From assembly GCA_038230855.1 (NCBI GenBank), contig JBBRML010000004.1, forward strand, positions 15,562 through 79,561: 64,000 nt of DNA, given 5' to 3'. The position numbers and the translations under genes were made by a program. Within the stretch, counting starts at the first letter, position 1. Every line of letters starts with the position of its first letter. Of this stretch, positions 47,268 through 56,053 are shown piece after piece. The notes beneath the pieces are model-generated. The model ran no database searches. It worked only from the letters and a program-made list of their open reading frames with translations, and had not been told where the DNA came from. The DNA comes from Fimbriimonadales bacterium. GTDB lineage: Bacteria > Armatimonadota > Fimbriimonadia > Fimbriimonadales > Fimbriimonadaceae.

Positions 47268-48056
47268 TTAATTATTCAGCGCGACTTTCGTCGGCTTGGG
47301 CTTGCCGATCGCAATCGAGTAGTTTTCGGTGAATCGATACTCGAGGCCAGCGGCGTCGGTAATCTTATCGAGGGCGTACTTGAGAGAAGTATTCATGAGG
47401 TACGCGTCGATCTTGTATTTCGGCACGTCGTCGCTAATTTCAATCGTGATCTTCGCCTGCCGTGCGAAATCACCAAACACCTTTCGAATGTCGCCGTGTT
47501 GGATTCGTGCCGTAACTTTCTTGTTCAGAATCGACATCGGCAACACCCTCGGCGTCCCACTCGGATCTTTTTTCAGCGGCTCAAGACTGAGGGCCACCTT
47601 CTTAGGGGCAGTAATCTCGGCCGAAATTTGCGGCTTGGTCGTGACTGAACTCTGTCCTAGGGCCTTTTCTGGACGGGGTTGTTTAGGCGCCGGAGTCTTG
47701 ACTGCGGTCTGAGTGGCAGGAGTCGGCTTTATTAAAGTCTCGGTCGGAACTGGAGCACTCGTCGTGGCCATCCGCACGTAGTACACGCCATCTCGAATAT
47801 CGTAAACGAGGCCTTGGTTGTCGCAAACAATTTTGAGCGCCTTGGAGAAATCAACGTCCTCAAACGAGGCATATACGATGCCATGCATGTTTGGTTGGAA
47901 GATGTAAGACTTCTTTGCTTGATCGAAAAGATTGGCGAGGGTAGCTCTCAAGTCGGTAGCTCGCGCATTGATTGACACTTTCGCGTCCGTCGATTGGGCC
48001 GTCGAAGTACCAGCAATGAGGATCGCGGCGATAGTTGACAGGATAGTTTTCTTCAT
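47268..48056 (-). CDS. Secreted protein with two STN-like domains and a Pro/Thr-rich linker
   Basis: Signal peptide; two L...F.QA...Y/I...G.V..SF.DV..AL..I...GL.Y patterns; GGAG RBS. Confidence 0.7.
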   Translation of the reverse strand: MKKTILSTIAAILIAGTSTAQSTDAKVSINARATDLRATLANLFDQAKKSYIFQPNMHGIVYASFEDVDFSKALKIVCDNQGLVYDIRDGVYYVRMATTSAPVPTETLIKPTPATQTAVKTPAPKQPRPEKALGQSSVTTKPQISAEITAPKKVALSLEPLKKDPSGTPRVLPMSILNKKVTARIQHGDIRKVFGDFARQAKITIEISDDVPKYKIDAYLMNTSLKYALDKITDAAGLEYRFTENYSIAIGKPKPTKVALNN

Positions 48057-48082
48057 GATTTCTCCAATTCGCTAATCAGGAA

Positions 48083-48925
48083 TTAGCCTTGATTTTCCGT
48101 GACGACTTTTCCTCGACCGTCATAAATTTGAACCGTGTCTTTGGCGAGTTGAACCGTCGGCCGGTGGTTCGGGCGCCGAGTTTGAATTCGCTTTGTTCTT
48201 CGGCTTGCGGTCAGTCGGCGGTGGGTCGGCCGAATCGGCGCGATAGCCTTCTCGACGTCTGCGCGACTTGATGTCGTGATTTTAGGTTCGGGAGTCGACG
48301 TATCTACGTCGATTAGGGCCTCGGTCGGCGCGATATAGTTGCCGAGCGCTTTACCAACGTTCAACGCCTTCGTCAAGCTTGTGGTGGCGTTCGTGATTGG
48401 CTTACCAACAGTCGTGGAGTCCGCGACGGGCTGCAGCTCGACGCGGTCGGTCGCCCGAGGTCCGAAGGCCGAGCCACTCTTCACGGCATAGGACATTCCG
48501 GTTAGGACAATCGCGAGGGCCAAAGTGTACAGAAGCGGCTTTATCAATGAACCACGCGTTGTTTCTGCAGCACGGTCTTTGGTCGTCCGCACGGCTTGCT
48601 TGATCTGAGAGATAGCTTGTTTCTTTGCCGTTGCTTCACTGACGGCCGGCTCTGCCGGGGCCTGGTTTTGCAGCGCTTGGAATGCCTCGGCGAGGACGTC
48701 GTTTTGAAGTGCTTCTGGCGAAATGGCCGCAATCGCTGGAGGCGAAGTCACGCCCAGCATCTTCTGCAGAGCCGCTTTTCGCTCTGCGAGGGCATTTCGA
48801 CAGAACTCGCACGAACCGACATGCTCTTCAAGCTGTCGCATTCCTTCTCGAGAAAAATTTTCACCTGCGAGGAATCGATTGATCTGACCTCGGGCTATTT
48901 GACATTCAAACGTTTCAACCGCCAT
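48083..48925 (-). CDS. Zinc-binding anti-sigma-like (HxxxCxxC) single-pass membrane protein
   Basis: LEEHVGSCEFC; one TM; low-complexity basic C-terminus. Confidence 0.65.
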   Translation of the reverse strand: MAVETFECQIARGQINRFLAGENFSREGMRQLEEHVGSCEFCRNALAERKAALQKMLGVTSPPAIAAISPEALQNDVLAEAFQALQNQAPAEPAVSEATAKKQAISQIKQAVRTTKDRAAETTRGSLIKPLLYTLALAIVLTGMSYAVKSGSAFGPRATDRVELQPVADSTTVGKPITNATTSLTKALNVGKALGNYIAPTEALIDVDTSTPEPKITTSSRADVEKAIAPIRPTHRRLTASRRTKRIQTRRPNHRPTVQLAKDTVQIYDGRGKVVTENQG

Positions 48926-49014
48926 TGTTATCAACCCACTTTAGGTTTTTGTGTCCGGGGCATTCCACGGCACAATAGGATTGTCGGCGACCGATCCGGA
49001 TTCTGCAGGTGAAT

Positions 49015-50142
49015 TTACTGGGCGCCTACATCTCGCTCGGATACGGCGGGAGTGGCTAGAACGAACCTGATGCTCTTGCCGACCTTGTAAAGCAGTAGCA
49101 CCGTCGCCAAAGACCCCTCAAGTCGCAGGGACCGTTGAGTCTTCGCCAGATCCAATCCAGCTTGCCGCTGTTTCAAAATCGGGGTTGCGCTTCCTAGTGC
49201 GCGAAGCAATCTACGAATACGATTCAGATCAAACGCCCCTTGCTCTACTGAGCGGTAAGACCGAAAAACAGGCGAGCGTGCGAAGCCGCCGGTAACGTAG
49301 CCGCCAGAGTCACCGAGGACCGAAAGCTCGTGGAGACGACACAAGGTTCCGACCGAATGTGATCGTACGACCGCGGGATCACAGTCATACACAAAGTCCC
49401 CGACATCGCTCGCGACGGTGGGATCGGTCGTCGCCTCGATCTCGATCCCGGATTCGACATGTACCGATCGTCGCCGGGATGTGGCCTGCTCTCCGAAGCT
49501 GACCAGCACCTCACGGCATTCACCCCCAAAGCTTACAAATTGAATGTCGGCGCTGAGGTTGATCAGGTCAGCATCGCCCAACATCGGCGACAACTTCATC
49601 ACTCCGAGTTTCAGTGAGCGCATTCGCGTAGCAAGGCGCGCTGGAGCGGGCGAGAAGTCGTCGATGTCCAGCGTACGCCGGGAATCAATGCGACGCGACG
49701 GGTCGGCGAAGACGTAGTGGGCATCCCAGCCGAAAGCAAGTGAGTCTCCAAGGCGGAGGTCTGAGTTATCAGTTACGAGAGCGACGTTGTGCTCGGCGTA
49801 CCTGAGGCGTTCCTCGTCTAGCTCAAATCCCTGAACAGGACCACGAGCGGCGAGCGCCATGGCGTCCGAGCCTATGCCAAGCGTCGCATCGATCACGAGT
49901 TCACCGACAGGAAACAGCGACGCATGGTACGCGGCGATCGCCTCGTGGGTCGCTTGTTCGAGTGCCTCACGCACGAACAGCATTGAGGAGGCCCGTGAAA
50001 ACTTGGCTTTAGCTCGCTCTCGAAGCTCCGCTTGAGCAAACGCCCAACGTGCAACTTCTGGTCCGTGCTCCTTTGCCAGTCGATCGATACTCCGCGGGGT
50101 CAAGCCCAGTTTGTTCGCGGCTTCAATTGCTTCAAGATTCAC
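49015..50142 (-). CDS. Class I SAM methyltransferase with THUMP-like domain
   Basis: LEQAT...A.YHA, DATLGIGSD, FADPSRR, KLSP, YDCDPAVVRS. Confidence 0.8.
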   Translation of the reverse strand: MNLEAIEAANKLGLTPRSIDRLAKEHGPEVARWAFAQAELRERAKAKFSRASSMLFVREALEQATHEAIAAYHASLFPVGELVIDATLGIGSDAMALAARGPVQGFELDEERLRYAEHNVALVTDNSDLRLGDSLAFGWDAHYVFADPSRRIDSRRTLDIDDFSPAPARLATRMRSLKLGVMKLSPMLGDADLINLSADIQFVSFGGECREVLVSFGEQATSRRRSVHVESGIEIEATTDPTVASDVGDFVYDCDPAVVRSHSVGTLCRLHELSVLGDSGGYVTGGFARSPVFRSYRSVEQGAFDLNRIRRLLRALGSATPILKQRQAGLDLAKTQRSLRLEGSLATVLLLYKVGKSIRFVLATPAVSERDVGAQ

Positions 50143-50513
50143 GCTTCACCAAATAACGTCCGGGCCCTTGACTCAAAGGCCTCCCACACAGTCTCAGTTG
50201 GCGGCCCAACGATGCACATGCCGCCAGATTCATGTATAAGCAATCCAAACGCTCGTGTCGACGGAATGCTCGGCATTTCGGAGACTGACTGAAGGCGGGC
50301 GCACAGCGATGGCGCCAAAACTTGCTCCGCCCCTTCGAGAGCGGAGGTGACGAGCAAGCGGAAAGGAAGTCTTGCGGATTCAAAGAGCTTGATCCAAACG
50401 GTGCACTCGATGAGGGCGGGCACACTTCCTGCGCCGCAATAGACGCCCGCCTCAACGTCCCACTTAGGAAGTGCCTCGAGCACGACCGGCTCATAAGGTA
50501 ATCGCCAAATCAA
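50139..50513 (-). CDS. Hypothetical protein
   Basis: Fills the gap between co-oriented genes, overlapping the downstream one by 4 bp. Confidence 0.6.
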   Translation of the reverse strand: MIWRLPYEPVVLEALPKWDVEAGVYCGAGSVPALIECTVWIKLFESARLPFRLLVTSALEGAEQVLAPSLCARLQSVSEMPSIPSTRAFGLLIHESGGMCIVGPPTETVWEAFESRARTLFGEA

Positions 50514-50515
50514 CG

Positions 50516-51241
50516 CTAAAGCTCCGCGAGCGAGGCGTAGGTTCGCCCCGGCACCAGGATTCGCTCAAGCAACTGGTCGCCGATCCATTCGATGCGATGA
50601 GCAACGCCGCTTTCTTGGCAGGCAAGAATTCGATACTGATCCCCGTTCACGTGAATGGCACAGCAATCGTCGAGGCCAACACCGATTCCAGACTCTGCCT
50701 GCATCATCGCGCGAAATTCACTCAAGCGGAACCCCTCGTCACGAGTATGCGGGCACACGACCAAATCAACAAGGTTCATTCCGGGAAGTCTTGCCGTATT
50801 GACGTCTGGGATATTCTCGTATTGGGGCCAATCGCTGTTGCCTACGCGAAACCAACAGATTGCACCGGCACTGAGGCCACCGACGGGCGTTCCTTCACGA
50901 ATCACGCGGTCTAAGATCGCCAATGCTCCCGTGTCTGTCCAAACCTCAAGCATCATCTTTGTGTTACCGCCGCCGACGTAAATTGCGTCTGCACGTGCAA
51001 TTTTGTCTAGCTCAAATCCGTCGGAGAGCAAATAAAGAACGTCGGTATGACACCCGAGTCGACCTCCATAGATCGAAGCAAAACCTTCGGCATAACCTGA
51101 ATCGTCTCCGCTCGCGGTTGGAATGAACAGGACACGGGGTGATTGCTTGCCGGTTCGTGCCACAAACTCGCGATCCAATTCAATCGTCTCGCCCCCGCAC
51201 ATGTCGCCACCACCGATCGCGAAGATGTCTGGACTTGCCAT
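50516..51241 (-). CDS. Peptidase E (S51) family
   Basis: FIPTASGD, IYVGGGNT, GLSAGAICW, CPH. Confidence 0.9.
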   Translation of the reverse strand: MASPDIFAIGGGDMCGGETIELDREFVARTGKQSPRVLFIPTASGDDSGYAEGFASIYGGRLGCHTDVLYLLSDGFELDKIARADAIYVGGGNTKMMLEVWTDTGALAILDRVIREGTPVGGLSAGAICWFRVGNSDWPQYENIPDVNTARLPGMNLVDLVVCPHTRDEGFRLSEFRAMMQAESGIGVGLDDCCAIHVNGDQYRILACQESGVAHRIEWIGDQLLERILVPGRTYASLAEL

Positions 51242-51288
51242 CGACGAAGGCTACCCGGAGGTAGACATTCGCCGGGTATATTGTCTGC

Positions 51289-52728
51289 TTGGCAGAAGTC
51301 GTCGAAGACCTTGTGCCCGTGGTTCAACCTCACGAAAGCGCTGCGCGCGTCGTATGGCGACTAGCCTGGCCCGCGGTGGCTCTCAACTCGATGCAGGTCG
51401 CTAATAACCTGCTCGATCGTGGCTTTATTGGTCACCTGCATCAAGCATCTCTCACTGCCCACGGCTGCTCGATGAACGTCATGTTCCTCATGTTTTCGCT
51501 CGCGATGTCGCTGGCAACTGGAGCAACTGCACTTGTGAGCCGCGCGTATGGTGCCGGAAACGTCTCGGAATACCGCATGGCCGCGCAGCAAGCCCTTCGA
51601 GTCGCCATCATTGGCGGATTTCTTGTCGCGGCAATCACCGCATTGCTAAGCAGGCCAGTGGCTCACGCCTTGATTCCACCAGACGACCATGACGCGATGA
51701 CGGAGATGATCCGATTTGTGCTCGCCTACTCGTGCGGGCTTCCCGCCATCTGGGTGGTGCAGGCTTTGGCTGGATCGATGCGGGGCGTGGGGGACACAAA
51801 GAGTCCGATGGTGATCTCGGGCATTCAGATCGCGCTGCATATTTGCTTCAACTTCTTACTCATCTTTCCCGTTCGGCACGTGGGAAGCTTTACGATTCCC
51901 GGTGCAAACCTTGGCTTGGCGGGGGCGGGACTCGCCCTCTCTTCGTCGGCGTGGATCGCCTCGATCATGTATGTGCTTTACGCGTCCCGCACTCGACTCG
52001 GACGCGTCTTCTCGCTCTCGTTACCGACGCGAGAATGGATCGTTCGTATATTAAGAATTGCGATTCCGGCCGCGGCGATGGCCGTTTTGAGGGTGCTGTC
52101 GCTGACCGCGTTCACTCTGGTCCTAAAAGTTGTTCCAAATGGCTCGATTGCGATTGCTGCGATGAGCACAGGTTTCGCGATTGAGTCGGTTATGTTCATG
52201 CCAGCCTTTGGCGTCTCGATGGCCGCCGGGGCGCTTGTAGGTCAGAGTTTGGGAATGAAGCGGCCTGATCGCGCCGAGAAACTAGCGTGGACGGCAGCGC
52301 ATCATGCGGCGGGTGTAACGATCTGCCTCTGCATCCCTATTTTCCTCCTGTCCACGGCGATCCCACATTTGCTTCTCGGCGGAAAGTCGGAGATGGTCGC
52401 CCAGACCTCGATGCTCTTGCGCTACCTATGCTTCACGGAAGTGTTCTTCAGCTACGCGATGGTGATGATTGGAGCGATGCAAGGCGCAGGAGATACGCGA
52501 GCGCCGCTCGTGATCACCGTGCTCTGTCTCTGGGGAGTTCGAGTTCCTCTGGCCATCGTCCTCGCTTTGCCCGCCCACTTCAAACTTGGCGGATTCCTAC
52601 CGTTGCCAGTAGGCCTTGCCGTCGGCAGCGGGGGCGCGTGGATGTCAATGTCAATCACGCAGGCTATGCAGGGCGTGATGGCAGTTCAATTGTTCCGCCG
52701 GGGCGGCTGGCGTCGACAGACGGTTTGA
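51289..52728 (+). CDS. MATE family efflux transporter
   Basis: LAWP, RG.GDTK.P, GQSLG, GAGDTRAP; about 12 TMs. Confidence 0.93.
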   Translation: MAEVVEDLVPVVQPHESAARVVWRLAWPAVALNSMQVANNLLDRGFIGHLHQASLTAHGCSMNVMFLMFSLAMSLATGATALVSRAYGAGNVSEYRMAAQQALRVAIIGGFLVAAITALLSRPVAHALIPPDDHDAMTEMIRFVLAYSCGLPAIWVVQALAGSMRGVGDTKSPMVISGIQIALHICFNFLLIFPVRHVGSFTIPGANLGLAGAGLALSSSAWIASIMYVLYASRTRLGRVFSLSLPTREWIVRILRIAIPAAAMAVLRVLSLTAFTLVLKVVPNGSIAIAAMSTGFAIESVMFMPAFGVSMAAGALVGQSLGMKRPDRAEKLAWTAAHHAAGVTICLCIPIFLLSTAIPHLLLGGKSEMVAQTSMLLRYLCFTEVFFSYAMVMIGAMQGAGDTRAPLVITVLCLWGVRVPLAIVLALPAHFKLGGFLPLPVGLAVGSGGAWMSMSITQAMQGVMAVQLFRRGGWRRQTV

Positions 52729-52849
52729 GAGTAGGTTTTTGAATCCTTTCACCTCGCTCAGCCGTGCGAAATACTGAGCACGCTCGTGATGAGTTCGCAT
52801 ATTCGCGAGACATAAGTACAATGGGCAACTCGTATACCGTGAATTAATA

Positions 52850-53473
52850 ATGGAAGCACCTCCTACATTTTCCGCTCCCGCCAAAAAATCAGGCGGCTCA
52901 AAACTCTGGGTTTGGATCCTCGCGGGTGTCGGACTCTGCTGCGTACTGCCAGCGCTCGTCTGCGGCGGCGCGGCATTGTGGGGTCTCAATAAGTTCAAAG
53001 ATCTCGGGGCGTGCTTTGTAAACCTCGATGCCGTCAGTAAGTCCTTCCGAGAGTATTCGGACTCGCATGACGGAAAACTGCCGCCAGCCGCGACGTGGCA
53101 GGACGATCTCAAGTCGTCAGTTGCCAAAAACCTCAACATGAATGGCAAGGACACTGGACCATTCAAGTTGATGAAAGCTGACGGCGCTTGGGGCTGCACC
53201 AACGATGCTGGGGTCCAGTACGGCATTGCCTACAATACGACCGTTGCCGGGAAAAAGATCGGCGAAATCAAGCAAGAGGATGTGCTGTTCTACGAAGTTC
53301 CGGCGCCAAAGCAAAATCAAGCGGCACCCTACAAACCGCAAGACCCGGCAACGGGTCGCCAGGTATTTGGAAAGCCTTTCGGATGGATCTTCGTCACCGT
53401 CGGCGGCGAAAAGAACCTTCATGGCGTTACTGGTGATCAGCCAATGAGCAACACCAGCGTAAACCTCAAGTAA
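52850..53473 (+). CDS. Single-pass membrane protein with a pilin/DUF1559-like soluble domain
   Basis: Cys-rich TM followed by C..NL...Y...HDGKLP...W.D.L. Confidence 0.6.
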   Translation: MEAPPTFSAPAKKSGGSKLWVWILAGVGLCCVLPALVCGGAALWGLNKFKDLGACFVNLDAVSKSFREYSDSHDGKLPPAATWQDDLKSSVAKNLNMNGKDTGPFKLMKADGAWGCTNDAGVQYGIAYNTTVAGKKIGEIKQEDVLFYEVPAPKQNQAAPYKPQDPATGRQVFGKPFGWIFVTVGGEKNLHGVTGDQPMSNTSVNLK

Positions 53474-53548
53474 CGCCGACTGAGTCCGCTTAGCAATGGC
53501 CCGGTCGAACTCGGCCGGGCCATTATGCGTATACTTAATGGTAGGTTT

Positions 53549-53755
53549 ATGCCAATGCAACTGCCGCTCGCAAACATTCTCGGACCTTACGGACTCGTCA
53601 TCATCGGCGGATTACTGTTGTTGCTCTTCGGAGGAGCAAAAATCCCCGAGTTGATGCGCGGTATTGGTCGCGGTGCTGGTGAGCTGAAGAAAGGGCTCGA
53701 AGAGGGCAAGCAACCGGACTCACCGGACGACAAGAAGCCAGACGACAAGAAGTAA
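53549..53755 (+). CDS. tatA: Twin-arginine translocase TatA/E
   Basis: LLLLFGGAKIPELMRGIGRG..ELKKG; exact start uncertain (53525-53555). Confidence 0.88.
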   Translation: MPMQLPLANILGPYGLVIIGGLLLLLFGGAKIPELMRGIGRGAGELKKGLEEGKQPDSPDDKKPDDKK

Positions 53756-53775
53756 GCGTTGGCAAATATGAATTC

Positions 53776-54300
53776 ATGAATTGGACTGCCCCCGCACTCG
53801 CAAATTTTGGGAATATTGAAGGTTGGCTCATCGTAGTCGGCTTCGCGTTGCTGGTCTTTGGGCCCAAGAAGATTCCCGAACTGATGCGCGGTCTTGGGCG
53901 TGGTGTTGGCGAACTTCAGAAGGGGATCGAGGACGGGAAACGCATGTTGCATGATGCGACCCACATAGACCACGAAGCCTCGACTTCGAGCTCCTTTGTT
54001 CCCCCGAGCGACATGCCGAAGGTCGAAGAGCCTTCTACCGAAGTGCACACAGAGATAGGCGCCCCAAACACTGCGGCAGCCACCCAGATGGATGTGGCTC
54101 CGCCGAAAGATTTAGTCTCGCCGACGCCTGTTGAGCCGACGGTACCAGTCACCGCCGTAGTCTCGCCGACGCCTGTCGAGCCGACGGTACCAGTCACGTC
54201 AGTAGTCTCGCCGACGCCTGTAGAGCCGACCGCGCCAGTGACACCAGTAGTGGTGCCGACCGTGCCCATGGCTGGGCCGTCGATGCCGGCAAAGCCTTAA
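53776..54300 (+). CDS. TatA/TatB-family subunit with repetitive Pro/Val/Thr tail
   Basis: LLVFGPKKIPELMRGLGRG..ELQK followed by a long tail. Confidence 0.85.
   Translation: MNWTAPALANFGNIEGWLIVVGFALLVFGPKKIPELMRGLGRGVGELQKGIEDGKRMLHDATHIDHEASTSSSFVPPSDMPKVEEPSTEVHTEIGAPNTAAATQMDVAPPKDLVSPTPVEPTVPVTAVVSPTPVEPTVPVTSVVSPTPVEPTAPVTPVVVPTVPMAGPSMPAKP
54113..54260 (+). repeat. 45-bp tandem repeat, three copies plus a partial (VSPTPVEPTVPVTxV)
   Basis: TAGTCTCGCCGACGCCTGTNGAGCCGAC starts at 54113, 54158 and 54203; degenerate copy at 54248. Confidence 0.9.
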
Positions 54301-54304
54301 ATCC

Positions 54305-55096
54305 GTGCAATTCGGGTGGCACGGAATCAGTTTCGCGCACGACGATGATTTTGGACCGGCGGTCCTAACGGGCACGCAGTCCAAAGGCTACGTGCGACTT
54401 CAAAGCGGCGAAGGTCGAGTACTTCAAGTTCGTTGGCTGCCTGCAAAGACGCCTCCGACGACGACGAGCCTCTCAGACTATTTCAAGCGCTTGCAGCGAG
54501 ACAATCGAAAGTCTCCGAGCTTTAACATTGAATGCACCGAAACCGAGTCTGGAATCGAGTATCGGTATTCGGCTGCGCTTCGAGCGGAAGGACTCGGCCT
54601 TTTTGACGACGTCACTCAGCGAGTTTTCTTCGTCGAGGCGCTGAATACTCACCGAACCGGGGCCGCGAAAGACCTAAGGCGGATTCGCGCCAGCTTCGAG
54701 GTTTCAAACGATCCTCAGACATGGGCCGTCATGGGGCTCCATTCGCGCCTGCCAGGGCCCCTGAGAGTCATCAAGACTCGCTTGCTCAGCGGAAGAATTG
54801 GCCTTGACCTCTCGCGGCGAGGTCTCCGGATAACGATCGAGCGATGGGCGCTCGCCAAGCAGCTGCTTGAAAGGCATGACTTCGGAGAGTGGCTAATCGC
54901 CGCATCCAAGGTTCGGGGGCAGATCGATGAACCAAAGCTTGGACGCATGCGTATTCGCTGCTCGTCATGGAGTGGCAACTCCACCGTGATCGCTAAGGTC
55001 GATCCGGTCCATAATCAGATCGTCTTCGCGCGAGCGGACTACCGCGATCCGAAGTGGGAACCTACATGGGAGTGGTTGGATGACGGGACTCGTTAG
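54305..55096 (+). CDS. Hypothetical soluble protein, first gene of the PqqD/ABC operon
   Basis: 263-aa ORF overlapping the next gene; no signal peptide or TM seen. Confidence 0.75.
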   Translation: MQFGWHGISFAHDDDFGPAVLTGTQSKGYVRLQSGEGRVLQVRWLPAKTPPTTTSLSDYFKRLQRDNRKSPSFNIECTETESGIEYRYSAALRAEGLGLFDDVTQRVFFVEALNTHRTGAAKDLRRIRASFEVSNDPQTWAVMGLHSRLPGPLRVIKTRLLSGRIGLDLSRRGLRITIERWALAKQLLERHDFGEWLIAASKVRGQIDEPKLGRMRIRCSSWSGNSTVIAKVDPVHNQIVFARADYRDPKWEPTWEWLDDGTR

Positions 55097-55487
55097 GCAG
55101 CTCAGCCAGTTCGTTCGTGGGCCAAACCGGCTGGCGCCAGAGCGGTACGCGGCCTCAAAACCGCTCAGGAATCCAACGGCGGTTGAATCAACCGACGCCG
55201 AGGGAAATCTCGTGCTTACTTTCTCCGTTGAGCACGATCAGCGCCTAATTACGCGGATCTTCGACCGGCTGGCGCGCTCGAGGGAGACTAGAGAGTTCCT
55301 GCTTGAATCCATCGGGGCGACGGTCTGGCGAGCTTGCGACGGAAAAACAACGGTGAAAACCATCGCAAAGCGCTTGTGCACGGAGTATAAGATGAACAAG
55401 CTGGAGGCAGAAACTGCTTTGGCGCAGTATCTCCAAACGCTCAGTCAACGCGGACTCATCACCATGCTCGTTGTAGGAAAGAAGTGA
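55080..55487 (+). CDS. PqqD-family (RiPP recognition element-like) protein
   Basis: LESIGATVWRACDGKTTVKTIA..L......AE..L..YL..L..RGLI wHTH signature. Confidence 0.85.
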   Translation: MTGLVRQLSQFVRGPNRLAPERYAASKPLRNPTAVESTDAEGNLVLTFSVEHDQRLITRIFDRLARSRETREFLLESIGATVWRACDGKTTVKTIAKRLCTEYKMNKLEAETALAQYLQTLSQRGLITMLVVGKK

Positions 55488-56053
55488 AATCCACTACGAA
55501 CGTCGATCCACCGCTGCGGGTAGCGTGGACACAGGCGATCGCGAGCATTCGAGTGCGTTTTTTGCGCATGGCGATCACGACGCTTGGAATTGCGCTCGGA
55601 ATTGCTTTCTTTTGTAGCATGCAAACGCTCCGAATCGCCGAGAGTACGGTCGTGGGCTCAGAACGGGACCGTCAAGCATGGTTGATCGCAACTTCCCTGC
55701 TCATGTGCTTGGTCGGAGTAACGAACTCAATGCTGATGTCCGTCGGAGAGCGATTCCGTGAAATCGGCACCATAAAATGCTTGGGGGCTTCAGACGGGTT
55801 TGTTGTGAAGATATTCGTGCTTGAGGCGCTCTTACTGGGGTTGATCGGATCGTCCGTTGGAGCCACCCTTGGCACGGTAGCAATTGCGGTGTTCGCGACG
55901 CGTGCCGGCGAGACGGTCACGTTGCCGCAAGTGGCAACCACAATTGGCGTCGGCGTGGCCGCGGGGGCGCTCCTGACCATTACGGCAGCCGTGGTGCCGG
56001 CAATGCAGGCGGCGCGAATGCCTGCCGCCGCCGCCCTCCGGGTGGAACTTTGA
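55484..56053 (+). CDS. Minimal MacB/FtsX-type ABC permease
   Basis: R..R..IT.LGIALG; N.ML.SV.ER.REIG.IK.LGA; E...LG..G; almost no periplasmic loop. Confidence 0.85.
   Translation: MKSTTNVDPPLRVAWTQAIASIRVRFLRMAITTLGIALGIAFFCSMQTLRIAESTVVGSERDRQAWLIATSLLMCLVGVTNSMLMSVGERFREIGTIKCLGASDGFVVKIFVLEALLLGLIGSSVGATLGTVAIAVFATRAGETVTLPQVATTIGVGVAAGALLTITAAVVPAMQAARMPAAAALRVEL

Noticed and set aside
54113-54260. Repeat considered as a CRISPR array
   Set aside because: No unique spacers, in-frame within a CDS, and no cas genes.
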